Below the pieces are notes generated by a model that was not told the origin of the DNA, did no database searches, and was given only the letters and a program-made list of their open reading frames with translations. The translations under genes and the position numbers were made by a program. 32,000 nt of DNA from Desulfocapsa sulfexigens DSM 10523 (GTDB lineage: Bacteria > Desulfobacterota > Desulfobulbia > Desulfobulbales > Desulfocapsaceae), in assembly GCF_000341395.1 (NCBI RefSeq), contig NC_020304.1, forward strand, positions 2,640,001 through 2,672,000, read 5' to 3'. Below are positions 1 through 9,502 of the stretch, in pieces (position 1 is the first letter of the stretch; every line of letters begins with the position of its first letter).

Positions 1-1369
1 TAAAGTTGAGGGCATGAGCTGCATCGGCCGCTCTCTCAATATCTTCGTTCGATTTGTCCTGGTCACCATAGGCAATATTGGCACGGATGGTGTCGTTGAA
101 GAGGATCGTCTGTTGGGTGACGATGGCAATCTGCCTGCGAAGTGATTCCAGGGTAACATCTTTGATGTTTACACCGTCAATAAGCAGAGAACCGTTTTCT
201 ATATCAAAAAATCTTGGGATCAGACTGGTGAGGGTTGATTTTCCAGAACCACTGGGGCCAACAATAGCCAGGATTTCACCCGCTGGAACGCTGAGGTTAA
301 TATCTTTCAGTATTGGAGATATACCATCATAGCTGAAATGTACATCACGAAGAGTTATTTCTTTCTGAAAAGGTGTAAGCTCGGCAGCATTTTCTTTCGA
401 GAGGATGTCCGGCTTTTGATCAAGTAACTGGAAAATTCTCACCGCTGCGGCAAGCCCCTGCTGAATAGTTGCATTGATTTTACTTACTGCCTTGATGGGC
501 TCATAAATCATTACCAGGGCCGTCAGGAAGGCAAAAAAAGTTCCCGGTGTGGAGTTGCCGGCGATAACTTCCTTACCGCCAAACCAGATTATAAGAGCCA
601 TCCCAATACCACCAATTACTTCCATTAATGGATGTTGGATACAACGGTATTTTGCCTTTTCCATCATGGTGTTAAAAAGCATGTTTACCTGCACTGAAAA
701 ACGGCTGGACTCGTATTTTTCCATGGTGAATGCTTTAACCACCGGGGCGCCGGTGATGGATTCGTGCATGGTGTTGGAAACATCAGCAATCTGTTCCTGC
801 ATGGTGGTACTGATCCGGCGAAACGCCCTGCCGAATTTAACGATGGGTATGGCTGCCGATGGAAGAAAAACCAGAGAAAGCAGGGCCAGTTTCCAATCCA
901 TGGTGAATATAACGATAAGCAGGAAGACAGCCTGTAAAAAATCACGCAGTAACCCGACAACCACCGTTGATATTGCGGCCTGCATAAAATTAATGTCAGA
1001 GATAACTCGGGAAATCAGCTCACCAGTGGGTGTTCTATGAAAGAATGAGAGTGATTGGAGATGGATATGCTCGAAAACTTTATTGCGCATATTACGGATT
1101 ACGGTTTGGCCAATTTTTTCGAGAAGGTAGAAATTTAGACCATAGAAAAAAGCTTTGACTGCAAACAGGAGGATAAGGGCAAGCGGGAGAATGGCGAGAA
1201 AGTAGGAACTTTTCTCGACAAAAATCTTGTCCAGCAGGGGTTTGACCATGTAGGCCTGAAGAGCACTCAACCCGGCAACGGCGAGCGCTGCTATCATGGC
1301 TATTGCAAACAGAGATGTGTAGGGGCGAATAAGAGCGTATAATCGCCTTAGGACTATTTTGTTAGGCAT
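1..1369 (-). CDS. msbA: Lipid A/lipid export ABC transporter, fused permease-ATPase (MsbA-like); 3' end (C-terminus) lies outside the window
   Basis: Absent from the ORF track because there is no stop in the window. My reverse translation from the ATG at 1367-1369 gives MPNKIVLRRLYALIRPY..., a six-TM ABC exporter domain, then Walker A GPSGSGKST (encoded around 230-265) and ...QQTILFNDTIRANIAYG. The frame stays open to position 2. Confidence 0.85.
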   Translation of the reverse strand, partial: MPNKIVLRRLYALIRPYTSLFAIAMIAALAVAGLSALQAYMVKPLLDKIFVEKSSYFLAILPLALILLFAVKAFFYGLNFYLLEKIGQTVIRNMRNKVFEHIHLQSLSFFHRTPTGELISRVISDINFMQAAISTVVVGLLRDFLQAVFLLIVIFTMDWKLALLSLVFLPSAAIPIVKFGRAFRRISTTMQEQIADVSNTMHESITGAPVVKAFTMEKYESSRFSVQVNMLFNTMMEKAKYRCIQHPLMEVIGGIGMALIIWFGGKEVIAGNSTPGTFFAFLTALVMIYEPIKAVSKINATIQQGLAAAVRIFQLLDQKPDILSKENAAELTPFQKEITLRDVHFSYDGISPILKDINLSVPAGEILAIVGPSGSGKSTLTSLIPRFFDIENGSLLIDGVNIKDVTLESLRRQIAIVTQQTILFNDTIRANIAYGDQDKSNEDIERAADAAHALNF

Positions 1370-1542
1370 ATGCTAAATTAAAAAAAGAGACAGTTGGAAA
1401 TATGTGTAACGGGCACAAGAATCAATCACAGTTATTGTTCACAGCATCATAGTTAATGATAGATAAAAAACCATCTAATACTTTCACTCAAGGGGAGAAA
1501 GACAGTTGTTCATTTGAAGGCATGGAAGCAGATAGGGCTGAT

Positions 1543-2271
1543 TTACAGTGCTGCAGTATGTTTTTCGATATCGGTCGGATCATCTACACTTGGAGAATCA
1601 TGTTCCGTGACGGTTACCTGTATTTTGTATCCAGCTTCAATGGCACGTAATTGTTCAAGCTTTTCAATGTTTTCAAGTGATGAGTATGGCAGGTCGGTGA
1701 ATTCCTGGAGAAAAAGATTGGAGTAAGCATAGATCCCAATGTGTTTATAGTAGAGAGTGTCGTCTGTGTTGTCTCTGTTGAATGGAATTTTGGCCCGTGA
1801 AAAATAGATGGCAAAAGAGTTCCTGTCAAAAATGACTTTTACATTGTTGGGATTGTTTATCTCTTCTTCATTCGTGAGTTCATGGGCGAGAGTGCCCATG
1901 GTCAGTGCAGGAGTTTTTGTAAAGGCTCGTACCAGGTCATTAAGGCATTCCGGCTTCAGGAATGGTTGGTCCCCCTGAATGTTGATCACCACATCGTCTG
2001 GTTTCAGGTGCAATGATCTGGCCGCCTCTGCAACCCTGTCCGTTCCTGAGCTGCATTGGGCTGATGTCATTATGACCCTGCCGTCAATTTCTTCAATTGA
2101 GGTGCGAATGGCATCACTGTCGGTTGCCACATAGACAGAGTCGATGAGAGGGCTTTTTTGAACCTGCTCGTACACACGCTGGATCATCGTTTTCCCCAGG
2201 ATATCGGTGAGAGCTTTTCCTGGAAATCGTTTAGATTCAAAGCGGGCGGGGATAATTGCTATAACTTTCAT
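1543..2271 (-). CDS. kdsB: 3-deoxy-manno-octulosonate cytidylyltransferase (CMP-KDO synthetase)
   Basis: 242-aa ORF. The N-terminus MKVIAIIPARFESKRFPGKAL and the IQGDQP motif are typical of KdsB. It sits next to waaA. Confidence 0.93.
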   Translation of the reverse strand: MKVIAIIPARFESKRFPGKALTDILGKTMIQRVYEQVQKSPLIDSVYVATDSDAIRTSIEEIDGRVIMTSAQCSSGTDRVAEAARSLHLKPDDVVINIQGDQPFLKPECLNDLVRAFTKTPALTMGTLAHELTNEEEINNPNNVKVIFDRNSFAIYFSRAKIPFNRDNTDDTLYYKHIGIYAYSNLFLQEFTDLPYSSLENIEKLEQLRAIEAGYKIQVTVTEHDSPSVDDPTDIEKHTAAL

Positions 2272-2301
2272 ATGTTTATTGTCAGCATGTCTAAAGAGTT
2301 T

Positions 2302-3555
2302 TTAGTTCACGTCGGAGTGTTGCAGCAAATCTACAATATGTCGACAGGTTTTTCTACTCCCTCCTTGCTTTAATTGGATATATTTATTTGCCTTCTGCTG
2401 GATTGTTGCCTTATCTTCTGGATTTCTAAGTGTTTCTTCCAGTAATTTCAGTACCTCTTCTTTGTTGCTGCCTTTTTTGACAAGACCGCTCTCAAAGACT
2501 TCGTTTCCTGCCCAGAGGAAGTTTGAGATTGAGGGCCCGGTTACTGGAGTGACTCCGTTCATAAATGCTTCGATAAAGTTTTGTCCGCCAAGTGGAGCAA
2601 GGCTGCCACCAATAAAGGCGGCATCGGCACGCTGATAGGCGTTGAGTAGTTCACCAAAAATATCCCAGATAAGTACTGAAGCTACGGCATTCAGGGAGGA
2701 GGCGCTTTTCAACGCACAGCTGATATGACTTTCTGTGAGCAGTGTTTTCCAGTTACTGACCCTAGCCAGATGACGGGGAAAAAGGTCTATATGGAGATCC
2801 GGAAAGCGTTTCAGCAGTTCTGTTATCAGATAAAAAACTTCACTTTCTTCCTCTTTTCGGATTGAGGCGAGAATGAGGGTCCTGTCTTTTGTCACGGCCT
2901 TTTTAGAAATTGTACATGTTTTTATCTGGTCAAATTTAATATTTGAAACGTAATAGCTCCTCTTTTGCTGGAAGAGATCCTGGAGCCGTTTTTTGTTTTC
3001 TTCTGAGTTGGCCAGGATAATATCCGGTGCGAGCCTCTTCCAGAGGAAGGCGGTCTTTTTATATCCCTTATAACTTTTTTCCGTCATTCGACCATTGACG
3101 ATAATCATCTTTTTCTTCTGTCGTTTTATCTCGGCCATAAGGGCTGGCCAAATTTCCAGTTCAATAAGGACCAAAAGCTTCGGGTCGGCGATGCGGATGG
3201 CTTTTTTTACCAGGGTCGGGTTGTCGAACACCATATAGGCAATACTGACGGCATGCCTCTGTTCTGCAGCCAGATCTTTTTCAAGGATATTTTTACCCTG
3301 GGAGGTATTCGTTGTGATAAGGATTTTAAGTTTCAGGTCATCTTCAAAATTTTTCAGGAGCTGTCTTGCTATATAGGCCTCACCAACGGATGCTGCGTGC
3401 ATCCATATGTCAACTTTTGAGAAGTTAACTTTTTTGAGAGTACGTTCTTCCGCACCCTCTTTGAGTCGTGGAGAACGAAGGAGAAAAGGCGTGGCACAGA
3501 CCCACAGGAGTTGATAGAAGAAAAACAAGGTCTTGAGAAAAAAAGATTCTTTCAT
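2302..3555 (-). CDS. waaA: 3-deoxy-D-manno-octulosonic acid (KDO) transferase
   Basis: 417-aa ORF with an N-terminal membrane anchor, the IWMHAASVGEA motif characteristic of KdtA/WaaA, and a glycosyltransferase C-terminal half. Neighbours are kdsB and msbA. Confidence 0.88.
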   Translation of the reverse strand: MKESFFLKTLFFFYQLLWVCATPFLLRSPRLKEGAEERTLKKVNFSKVDIWMHAASVGEAYIARQLLKNFEDDLKLKILITTNTSQGKNILEKDLAAEQRHAVSIAYMVFDNPTLVKKAIRIADPKLLVLIELEIWPALMAEIKRQKKKMIIVNGRMTEKSYKGYKKTAFLWKRLAPDIILANSEENKKRLQDLFQQKRSYYVSNIKFDQIKTCTISKKAVTKDRTLILASIRKEEESEVFYLITELLKRFPDLHIDLFPRHLARVSNWKTLLTESHISCALKSASSLNAVASVLIWDIFGELLNAYQRADAAFIGGSLAPLGGQNFIEAFMNGVTPVTGPSISNFLWAGNEVFESGLVKKGSNKEEVLKLLEETLRNPEDKATIQQKANKYIQLKQGGSRKTCRHIVDLLQHSDVN

Positions 3556-3566
3556 AGAGGATTTGC

Positions 3567-4943
3567 CTACAGATATTCTTTGATTTTGGCAAGCAGCGAG
3601 GGATAGCTGATTTCAAGCATTCTGGCAGCCATACTCTTATTGCCCTTGCTGGCCTCCAGTGCTCGACTGATTAACTTTTTTTCTATGATTATTTTGGCCT
3701 GTTTCAGGGAGAAAGTTCCCAGTATTTCATTGATCTTGCCATCACAGGAACTGTTGTCCCGAGAGCCGATGAGATCAACAGGCAGGATGTGGTTTGTCTC
3801 GGCAACGATGGCTGCTCGTTCCAGACAGTTTTTCAATTCTCGTATGTTTCCCTTCCACTCCCTGTCGAGAAGAATTCCCATGGCTTCGGGAGAGATATCT
3901 TCAATGGCAAGATGCATCTTTTCGTTGAGGATGGCAAGAAAGTGAGTGCAGAGATACTGGATATCTTCTTTTCTTTCGCGTAGTGGAGGGAGTTGTAAGG
4001 TAAGCACATTGAGACGATAGAACAGATCTTCACGGAACCGGCCATCTTCCACCTCCCGTTCCATGTCCTTCGCTGTCGCTGTGATTACCCGGACATCGAC
4101 AGCTTTTGTTTTGACACCGCCAACGGGTCGGATCTCCTGCTCCTGAAGAACCCGTAGTAATTTTACCTGTAGGCTCAAGGGTAACTCTCCAACTTCATCA
4201 AGAAAAAGAGTACCTGTGTCTGCTTCTTCAAACAAGCCTTTGTGATCCTTATCCGCACCGGTGAATGCCCCTTTGACATACCCAAAAAATTCGCTCTCCA
4301 GAAGGTTTTCCGGGAGGGAACCACAGTTCACAGCTATAAAGGGTTTCTCTTTTCTTTCGGATTTCTGATGAATTCCCTTGGCGATCAGTTCTTTTCCCGT
4401 TCCTGATTCTCCGGTAATGAGAACGGTGGTGTCATAGCGGGCTACTTTTTCAGTGAGTTGCAGCAGGGATTGCATCTTTTCAGAATGGGCGATAATATCT
4501 TCAAAGCCCTCTGTTCCCTGTAACTCGAGAACTTTGGCTTTAAGCCTGACGTTTTCTTCGCGTAACTCAAGATGATCAACAGCTTTTTCCAGAACCAGAA
4601 GTATCTCCGCTGTTTTGAAGGGCTTAGTGATAAAATCGTAGGCCCCTGTTTTCATGGCCTCCACTGCATCATCTATTGTCGCATATGCGGACATCATAAT
4701 AATGATGGGCTGGTTGCCGTCTTCTGCAACTGCCTGTAAAAACTGCAATCCATCCATTCTGGGCATCTTCAGATCACAGAGGATAAGAGGAAAGGGTGCT
4801 TTCTTCTGGATAGCAAGGGCCTGTTCGCCATTTTCGGCCATGGTTACCTGGTACCCGGCCTTGGCGGTGACCACGGAGAGCATATGACGCATATTTTCTT
4901 CATCATCAACAATAAGAAGACGTTTGTTGTTGGTATCTGTCAT
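3567..4943 (-). CDS. Sigma-54-dependent response regulator (NtrC/AtoC family: REC + AAA+ + HTH)
   Basis: 458 aa with a receiver domain (LLIVDDE...D...KMP), AAA+ Walker A GESGTGKE, the GAFTGA sigma-54 contact motif, and a C-terminal Fis-type HTH. Confidence 0.95.
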   Translation of the reverse strand: MTDTNNKRLLIVDDEENMRHMLSVVTAKAGYQVTMAENGEQALAIQKKAPFPLILCDLKMPRMDGLQFLQAVAEDGNQPIIIMMSAYATIDDAVEAMKTGAYDFITKPFKTAEILLVLEKAVDHLELREENVRLKAKVLELQGTEGFEDIIAHSEKMQSLLQLTEKVARYDTTVLITGESGTGKELIAKGIHQKSERKEKPFIAVNCGSLPENLLESEFFGYVKGAFTGADKDHKGLFEEADTGTLFLDEVGELPLSLQVKLLRVLQEQEIRPVGGVKTKAVDVRVITATAKDMEREVEDGRFREDLFYRLNVLTLQLPPLRERKEDIQYLCTHFLAILNEKMHLAIEDISPEAMGILLDREWKGNIRELKNCLERAAIVAETNHILPVDLIGSRDNSSCDGKINEILGTFSLKQAKIIIEKKLISRALEASKGNKSMAARMLEISYPSLLAKIKEYL

Positions 4944-4961
4944 GCACTTAATCCTTTGTGA

Positions 4962-6485
4962 TTATTTCTTTTGAGATAGTGACAGAGGGAGTGTGATGAT
5001 AACGGATGTTCCCCGACCTCTCTTTGATGATATACTGATAGTGCCACCGGATTTTTTGATCAGATTGTGTGCAACAGCAAGCCCCAGGCCGGTTCCCTTT
5101 CCCACTTCCTTGGTGGTGAAAAATGGATCAAAGATGGCCTCTTGGTTTTCCTTGCTGATACCTGCTCCGGTATCTTTAATGGTCGTGATAATACAGTTTC
5201 TTTCGTTTTTAGACACCATATTTTCCGTATGTATGCTGATGCTGTTGTCAGCACTGTCGACAGTTTCTTCAATGGCATCTATTGAATTGAGGATGCAGTT
5301 TAAAAAGACCTGACGCAGACCGTCACTGTCACTGAGAACTTCACTTGCAGTCGCCTGAAAATCTGTACTGTAGCGGATCGGGAGTCTGGTCTTTCGGACA
5401 CGAACAGTTTGTATGAGGTTAGTCAGGAGCGGGTGGATATCGATGGTCTCGGCTGAAGATGTCACGGGCGTTCTGGAGAGATCAAGGAGATTTCGAATAA
5501 GGGTATTGATACGGTCAAGTTCCTGGGTGGCACGTTTGCTAAAAGCCTTCCTGTCACTGTTGCTGAGAGTTTGCTCTGTGAGAAGATCAATGTATCCCTG
5601 GATTATACCAAGCGGGTTGCCGATTTCATGGGCCAGACCGGCAGAGAGCCTGCCAATTGATGCAAGTTTTTCTGCCCTGATCATCTCATCCCGGTTCTTC
5701 TGAAGCTCGTCATTGGCCTTTTTTAAAGATTCGACGCTGTGACGGAGTTCCTGTTTGTCGCCGTCTATCCGCGTTACCAGACGATTCAGGCTGAGAGAGA
5801 GTTGAGTGAACTCTCCCAGTCGCTCCCCGGATAAAAAAGGCGTAGCATCAAGATCAGTGCGCGAGTCGGCCAGGCGGGAGAGTCGTTCAATGGGCTTTAT
5901 CACCAGATTTATCAAGCGTGTAAAGCCTATGGTTGTGAAGATAAGTACATTGATAATGAGATAGGCAAAGAATATTTTTCGTGTTTCACGGATGGAGGAT
6001 GAAACACTATCCAGTGACCGAATAAGTGCAATTGCCCCCTGATTGGTTTGGTCAGGAATCAGAGGGGTTGCTATCAGCAGGTACTGTTTTGAAAGAAAAA
6101 ATCCATTCCATGACATCCCTGAATAGCCTGTTTGTGTCTTAGTGCTGGTTGCAGCAGCAGAAAGCAATGGTGCAAGGGGTAAATCCTCGGGACAGCTACC
6201 ATGGGAATGCATAGGACGGTCTGGAGAATTTTGCCACTGGAGGCAGAGAATGCCATTGTCATTGAAAAAACTCTGGATATCGTCGGTAAAGGGAGGATTG
6301 TTGGCAGAGACTTCTCCTGGGGCAATGGATGCCGCAGCGAAATAAAGGAGATTTTCACTGCCCCGGATCTCCTGGGTAATGCCGTTACGCTGCCAGAGCA
6401 TCAGTATGACAAAACCAAAGAGGAGCATACTGATAAAGAGGAGAACGGAGAGGGTGAGGCCCAGCTGAACTTTTAGGGTGTGCAT
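4962..6485 (-). CDS. Membrane sensor histidine kinase (two TM segments, HAMP, HisKA, HATPase_c); cognate to the adjacent NtrC-type regulator
   Basis: 507 aa with H-box LAHEIGNPL, N-box and G-boxes (DTGAGI, GTGLGLAV). It ends 18 nt upstream of the response regulator start. Confidence 0.9.
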   Translation of the reverse strand: MHTLKVQLGLTLSVLLFISMLLFGFVILMLWQRNGITQEIRGSENLLYFAAASIAPGEVSANNPPFTDDIQSFFNDNGILCLQWQNSPDRPMHSHGSCPEDLPLAPLLSAAATSTKTQTGYSGMSWNGFFLSKQYLLIATPLIPDQTNQGAIALIRSLDSVSSSIRETRKIFFAYLIINVLIFTTIGFTRLINLVIKPIERLSRLADSRTDLDATPFLSGERLGEFTQLSLSLNRLVTRIDGDKQELRHSVESLKKANDELQKNRDEMIRAEKLASIGRLSAGLAHEIGNPLGIIQGYIDLLTEQTLSNSDRKAFSKRATQELDRINTLIRNLLDLSRTPVTSSAETIDIHPLLTNLIQTVRVRKTRLPIRYSTDFQATASEVLSDSDGLRQVFLNCILNSIDAIEETVDSADNSISIHTENMVSKNERNCIITTIKDTGAGISKENQEAIFDPFFTTKEVGKGTGLGLAVAHNLIKKSGGTISISSKRGRGTSVIITLPLSLSQKK

Positions 6486-6511
6486 AATCTGCTATTCTAG
6501 CAGAGAAAGAA

Positions 6512-6559
6512 AGGAAAAAAAAGGAAAGAAGGCTGAGGTGATGGCAGTATTCACCTCAG
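6512..6559 (-). terminator. Rho-independent terminator candidate after the MTHFR gene
   Basis: The minus-strand RNA reads CUGAGGUGA-N9-UCACCUCAG (6533-6559, overlapping the stop codon at 6556-6558), followed by CCUUCUUUCCUUUUUUUU (complement of 6514-6532). Confidence 0.5.
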
Positions 6560-8082
6560 TATTCAGCCTTCTTTTTTTTTACTTGCAATTCACAGTGATC
6601 TCTTCCAGAAAAGTAGTTCAACCAGGAAGAAGTTTTGTCTAATGACCAGTCTTTTGGTGGGATTGGCTTTGGACTGTGAATGGTGTGACAGTCGGGTTCC
6701 AGCCCCCGATGATAACTGCGAACCCAGAAGCAGAGCCGTTTATTCGGGTACACTTCGCAATAGCCATTATTGGAACCGCCACAGGGCCCATTAATCATTT
6801 TCTTGGGGCAGCCGGACTGAGGGCAGAGGTAGGAAGATTCGGCCAGGGTGCAGTCTCCGCACATTCGGCAATGAAAGAGGATTTTTTTTATCAGATGTTC
6901 AACGAGCGTGTACGTTCGGCTGAGAAAACTGTTGCTGAGTGCTTTTATGCTGAGTTTTCGTGCAATCGAGAAGAATAATCCCTTCTCGGCAAATATCTGT
7001 TTATGGATAAAGTGGTTACTGGAAAAGAGAAAGGGGAGAGTGCGTTTTCTCGGTGTCCGGCAAGAGGTCTGGTATAAATACCAGGTGCCGGGTTCAGGGA
7101 AATGAGTCTCTGCTTGATCTGTCTTTTCTGTAAAATCTTCTGATTTGTCCAGTATAAAGGAGATTGATTTAAAACTGAGATTATTGCCGCCAAGGTGTAT
7201 TCCCGAGTATCCGGTTTCGCGTAGAGCGGCAAGCATTCGAGCTGCTCGCAACAGTCGGGCTTCTTCCCCCCTGTCACTGGATTTTGCTTCATCTTCCATT
7301 TTTTGTAGAAGAGCATCTGGAAGAATAACACCTGGTACCAGTCCTTTGTTCATAATTCTGGCAACGGCAAGGCTTGGTACAAAGAGATTGGCCAAAACCG
7401 GAATCCGTAGCTGCTGTTCGTTGATAAACTGTATGAGTTCCTGATATTTTACAATATCATAACCAAGCTGGCTGATAACAAACTGGGCACCGCATTGAAT
7501 TTTGGTGAGGAGTTTTACATATTGCCATACCTGCTCAGACTCAAGTGTTTTAAAGGGAGAAACCACGCATCCTGCAAAAAAATCCATCCTGGGGAGATCC
7601 ATGGCCTGTCCTGGGGCCCCTCTGGTGACCGTGAAATTGTGGCGAAGTTGTTCTATGAGAGTCAGCAGTTGAGTGGAATCAAGATCAAAAACAGGCATTG
7701 CCTGTCCCTGAAAGCCGTAACGTGGAAAGTCGCCACCAAGGACAAGAAGATTCAGTAAATCATGGCGATGACACTCAAATAACTGGCTTTCAGCCAGGTT
7801 ACGGTTTTTATCTTTGAGAGAGAAGTGAAGCAGGGGGGAAATACCCATGGCTAGAATATCCAGACCTAATGAAATAGGCGAAAGTGCAGGGTGGCCACCT
7901 GGATTATCGGTGATGGAAAGGGCCTTTATCCTTCCATCATCTCTGGCAAGTTCTGCAAGTTGGAGGATTTTTTCCAGTCGTTTACCGCCGGACCCACGGC
8001 CTGGCACCAATTCGTAGGTGATGGTGAACTCATCGTTATTACGCAGTGAGTCACGGAATATATTGGACACTGGCTGAGCCAT
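6556..8082 (-). CDS. metF: 5,10-methylenetetrahydrofolate reductase with a C-terminal Cys-rich (MetV/MTHFR_C-like zinc-ribbon) domain
   Basis: MTHFR-fold N-terminal half (TYELVPGRG..., ITDNPGG). The C-terminus is CRMCGDCTLAESSYLCPQSGCPKKMINGPCGGSNNGYCEVYPNKRLCFW. I moved the start to the ATG at 8080-8082 (MAQPVSNIF...) because it is preceded by AAGAGGAAA. The longer track ORF (to 8163) overlaps the divergent gene. Confidence 0.82.
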   Translation of the reverse strand: MAQPVSNIFRDSLRNNDEFTITYELVPGRGSGGKRLEKILQLAELARDDGRIKALSITDNPGGHPALSPISLGLDILAMGISPLLHFSLKDKNRNLAESQLFECHRHDLLNLLVLGGDFPRYGFQGQAMPVFDLDSTQLLTLIEQLRHNFTVTRGAPGQAMDLPRMDFFAGCVVSPFKTLESEQVWQYVKLLTKIQCGAQFVISQLGYDIVKYQELIQFINEQQLRIPVLANLFVPSLAVARIMNKGLVPGVILPDALLQKMEDEAKSSDRGEEARLLRAARMLAALRETGYSGIHLGGNNLSFKSISFILDKSEDFTEKTDQAETHFPEPGTWYLYQTSCRTPRKRTLPFLFSSNHFIHKQIFAEKGLFFSIARKLSIKALSNSFLSRTYTLVEHLIKKILFHCRMCGDCTLAESSYLCPQSGCPKKMINGPCGGSNNGYCEVYPNKRLCFWVRSYHRGLEPDCHTIHSPKPIPPKDWSLDKTSSWLNYFSGRDHCELQVKKKKAEY

Positions 8083-8141
8083 AGGATGGATTTTCCTCTT
8101 TTCTCTTGCAGAAGCTTTATTTGAATGGCTACATTGTATAC

Positions 8142-9206
8142 ATGAATGATGAAAATGAAACAAAAATTCTCTCTGTTATCCATGCACTTTTGCAGGAAGC
8201 CGGGATTACGAACTCCATATCACCCAAGCTGGTGATTACAAAACTGGCAGGTGATGGTTCCAGCAGAAAGTTCTGGCGGATAATGGAAGGTGACAGAAAT
8301 ATTTGCCTGGCGGTTGCTCCCCCTAGGCAAGATACTCTTGATCTTGCTGAGGCAAAAGCTGCCCGATCCATAGGCCTGCATCTTTTACAACAGGGGGTGC
8401 GGGTTCCTGACCAGTATGGCTGGGATGAACAGTACGGAGTATTGCTTTTTGAAGACCTGGGAGATGAAAAGCTTCATGAGTATGTTGTAGAAAAACGGAA
8501 AGCTGATGACTGGATTGGGCAGGTTCGAGCCAGCTACACTGCTGTGGTAAAAAAACTCGCCTTGATGCAGATTCGGGGCGCGGAGGGCTTTGATCCTGAA
8601 TGGTGCTGGGATAGTCCCCGTTACGATAAAAAACTGATGCTCGAGCGCGAGTCAGAGTATTTTCTTCGTGCCTTCTGGCAGGGTTATCTGGGGAATGAAG
8701 AACCGTCTGGCCTGGGTGAGGAATTTCTGGAGCTTGCCGACAGGTCATCCCATATCCCAGCTTCTTACTTTCTTCATCGGGATTTTCAATCCCGTAATAT
8801 TATGTTGTATCGTGATGAACCCTGTTTTATAGATTTCCAGGGAGGACGACTGGGGCCTCTCGCCTATGATCTGGCGTCCCTGTTGATAGATCCATATGTC
8901 GGACTTCCCCTTGACTTTCAGGAAGAGTTACTGGAATTGTACCTGGATCAACTGGAAATGGTAATTGATGTTGATCGAAGAAAGTTTGTCGAAGAGTATC
9001 TTCTGTTGGCTTTACAGCGAAACCTTCAGATTGTCGGAGCTTTTTCCTTTTTAACCAAGCAGCGTGGAAAGGTGTTTTTTGCGCAATATATAGGGCCTGC
9101 AACGGCTTCTCTGAATACTCTCTTGGGGGGTGAACTGTTTTCGGAGATGGTGGTCTTGAGACAGACCGTCTCTTCTGCAGTGAAGTCTTTTGCGGGAAAT
9201 AAATAA
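8142..9206 (+). CDS. APH-fold kinase, AmgK-like (anomeric MurNAc/GlcNAc kinase family) candidate
   Basis: Brenner/APH motifs HRDFQSRNIM and IDFQGGRLGPLAYDLASLL, and an N-terminal ...SSRKFWRI...LLFEDLGD pattern like AmgK. The start is uncertain: TTG at 8106 or ATG at 8142, and neither has a good SD. Confidence 0.72.
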   Translation: MNDENETKILSVIHALLQEAGITNSISPKLVITKLAGDGSSRKFWRIMEGDRNICLAVAPPRQDTLDLAEAKAARSIGLHLLQQGVRVPDQYGWDEQYGVLLFEDLGDEKLHEYVVEKRKADDWIGQVRASYTAVVKKLALMQIRGAEGFDPEWCWDSPRYDKKLMLERESEYFLRAFWQGYLGNEEPSGLGEEFLELADRSSHIPASYFLHRDFQSRNIMLYRDEPCFIDFQGGRLGPLAYDLASLLIDPYVGLPLDFQEELLELYLDQLEMVIDVDRRKFVEEYLLLALQRNLQIVGAFSFLTKQRGKVFFAQYIGPATASLNTLLGGELFSEMVVLRQTVSSAVKSFAGNK

Positions 9207-9337
9207 CAGAGAGTGGAGAAGGCAGGTATTATCCAGATTGACGCTTTTCCTTGAGTCCGTCTGAAAAAGGATCACAGTGGGTGTGGTACAGGATAAGAAA
9301 GCCCCTGTTTTTAGTAACAGCTACTGCCTTAATGATT

Positions 9338-9502
9338 CCTGATTACCATCGAAACTCAGCTTTGCAACCCGGAGTTGTTCCGTGTCGATTATATGGGACG
9401 CCATAAACCCATCCCTGGAGGCTCTGCTGCGGCCGTCCAGGCCGCAGATGCCCATATAATCAACACGAACTAACTCCTCCTCAGACGTTAGTGGTAATCA
9501 GG
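9338..9502. mobile_element. MITE-like non-autonomous element, copy A (165 bp)
   Basis: Perfect 11-bp terminal inverted repeats CCTGATTACCA (9338-9348) and TGGTAATCAGG (9492-9502). A perfect 8-bp direct repeat TAATGATT flanks it (9330-9337 and 9503-9510). The interior is roughly 90% identical (aligned by eye) to the reverse complement of 22053-22237. It has no credible ORF. Confidence 0.75.

Noticed and set aside
8083-8163. The 27-codon N-terminal extension of the MTHFR ORF (MFHFHHSCIQCSHSNKASAREKRKIHP).
   Set aside because: It overlaps the divergent kinase ORF and promoter region and has no SD. The internal ATG at 8082 has AAGAGGAAA upstream, and the MTHFR-family similarity begins soon after it.
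9288-9313. A weak hairpin ACAGG-N11-CCTGT followed by TTTT, considered as the terminator of the AmgK-like gene.
   Set aside because: It has only a 5-bp stem with an 11-nt loop and a short T-run, which is not distinguishable from chance.
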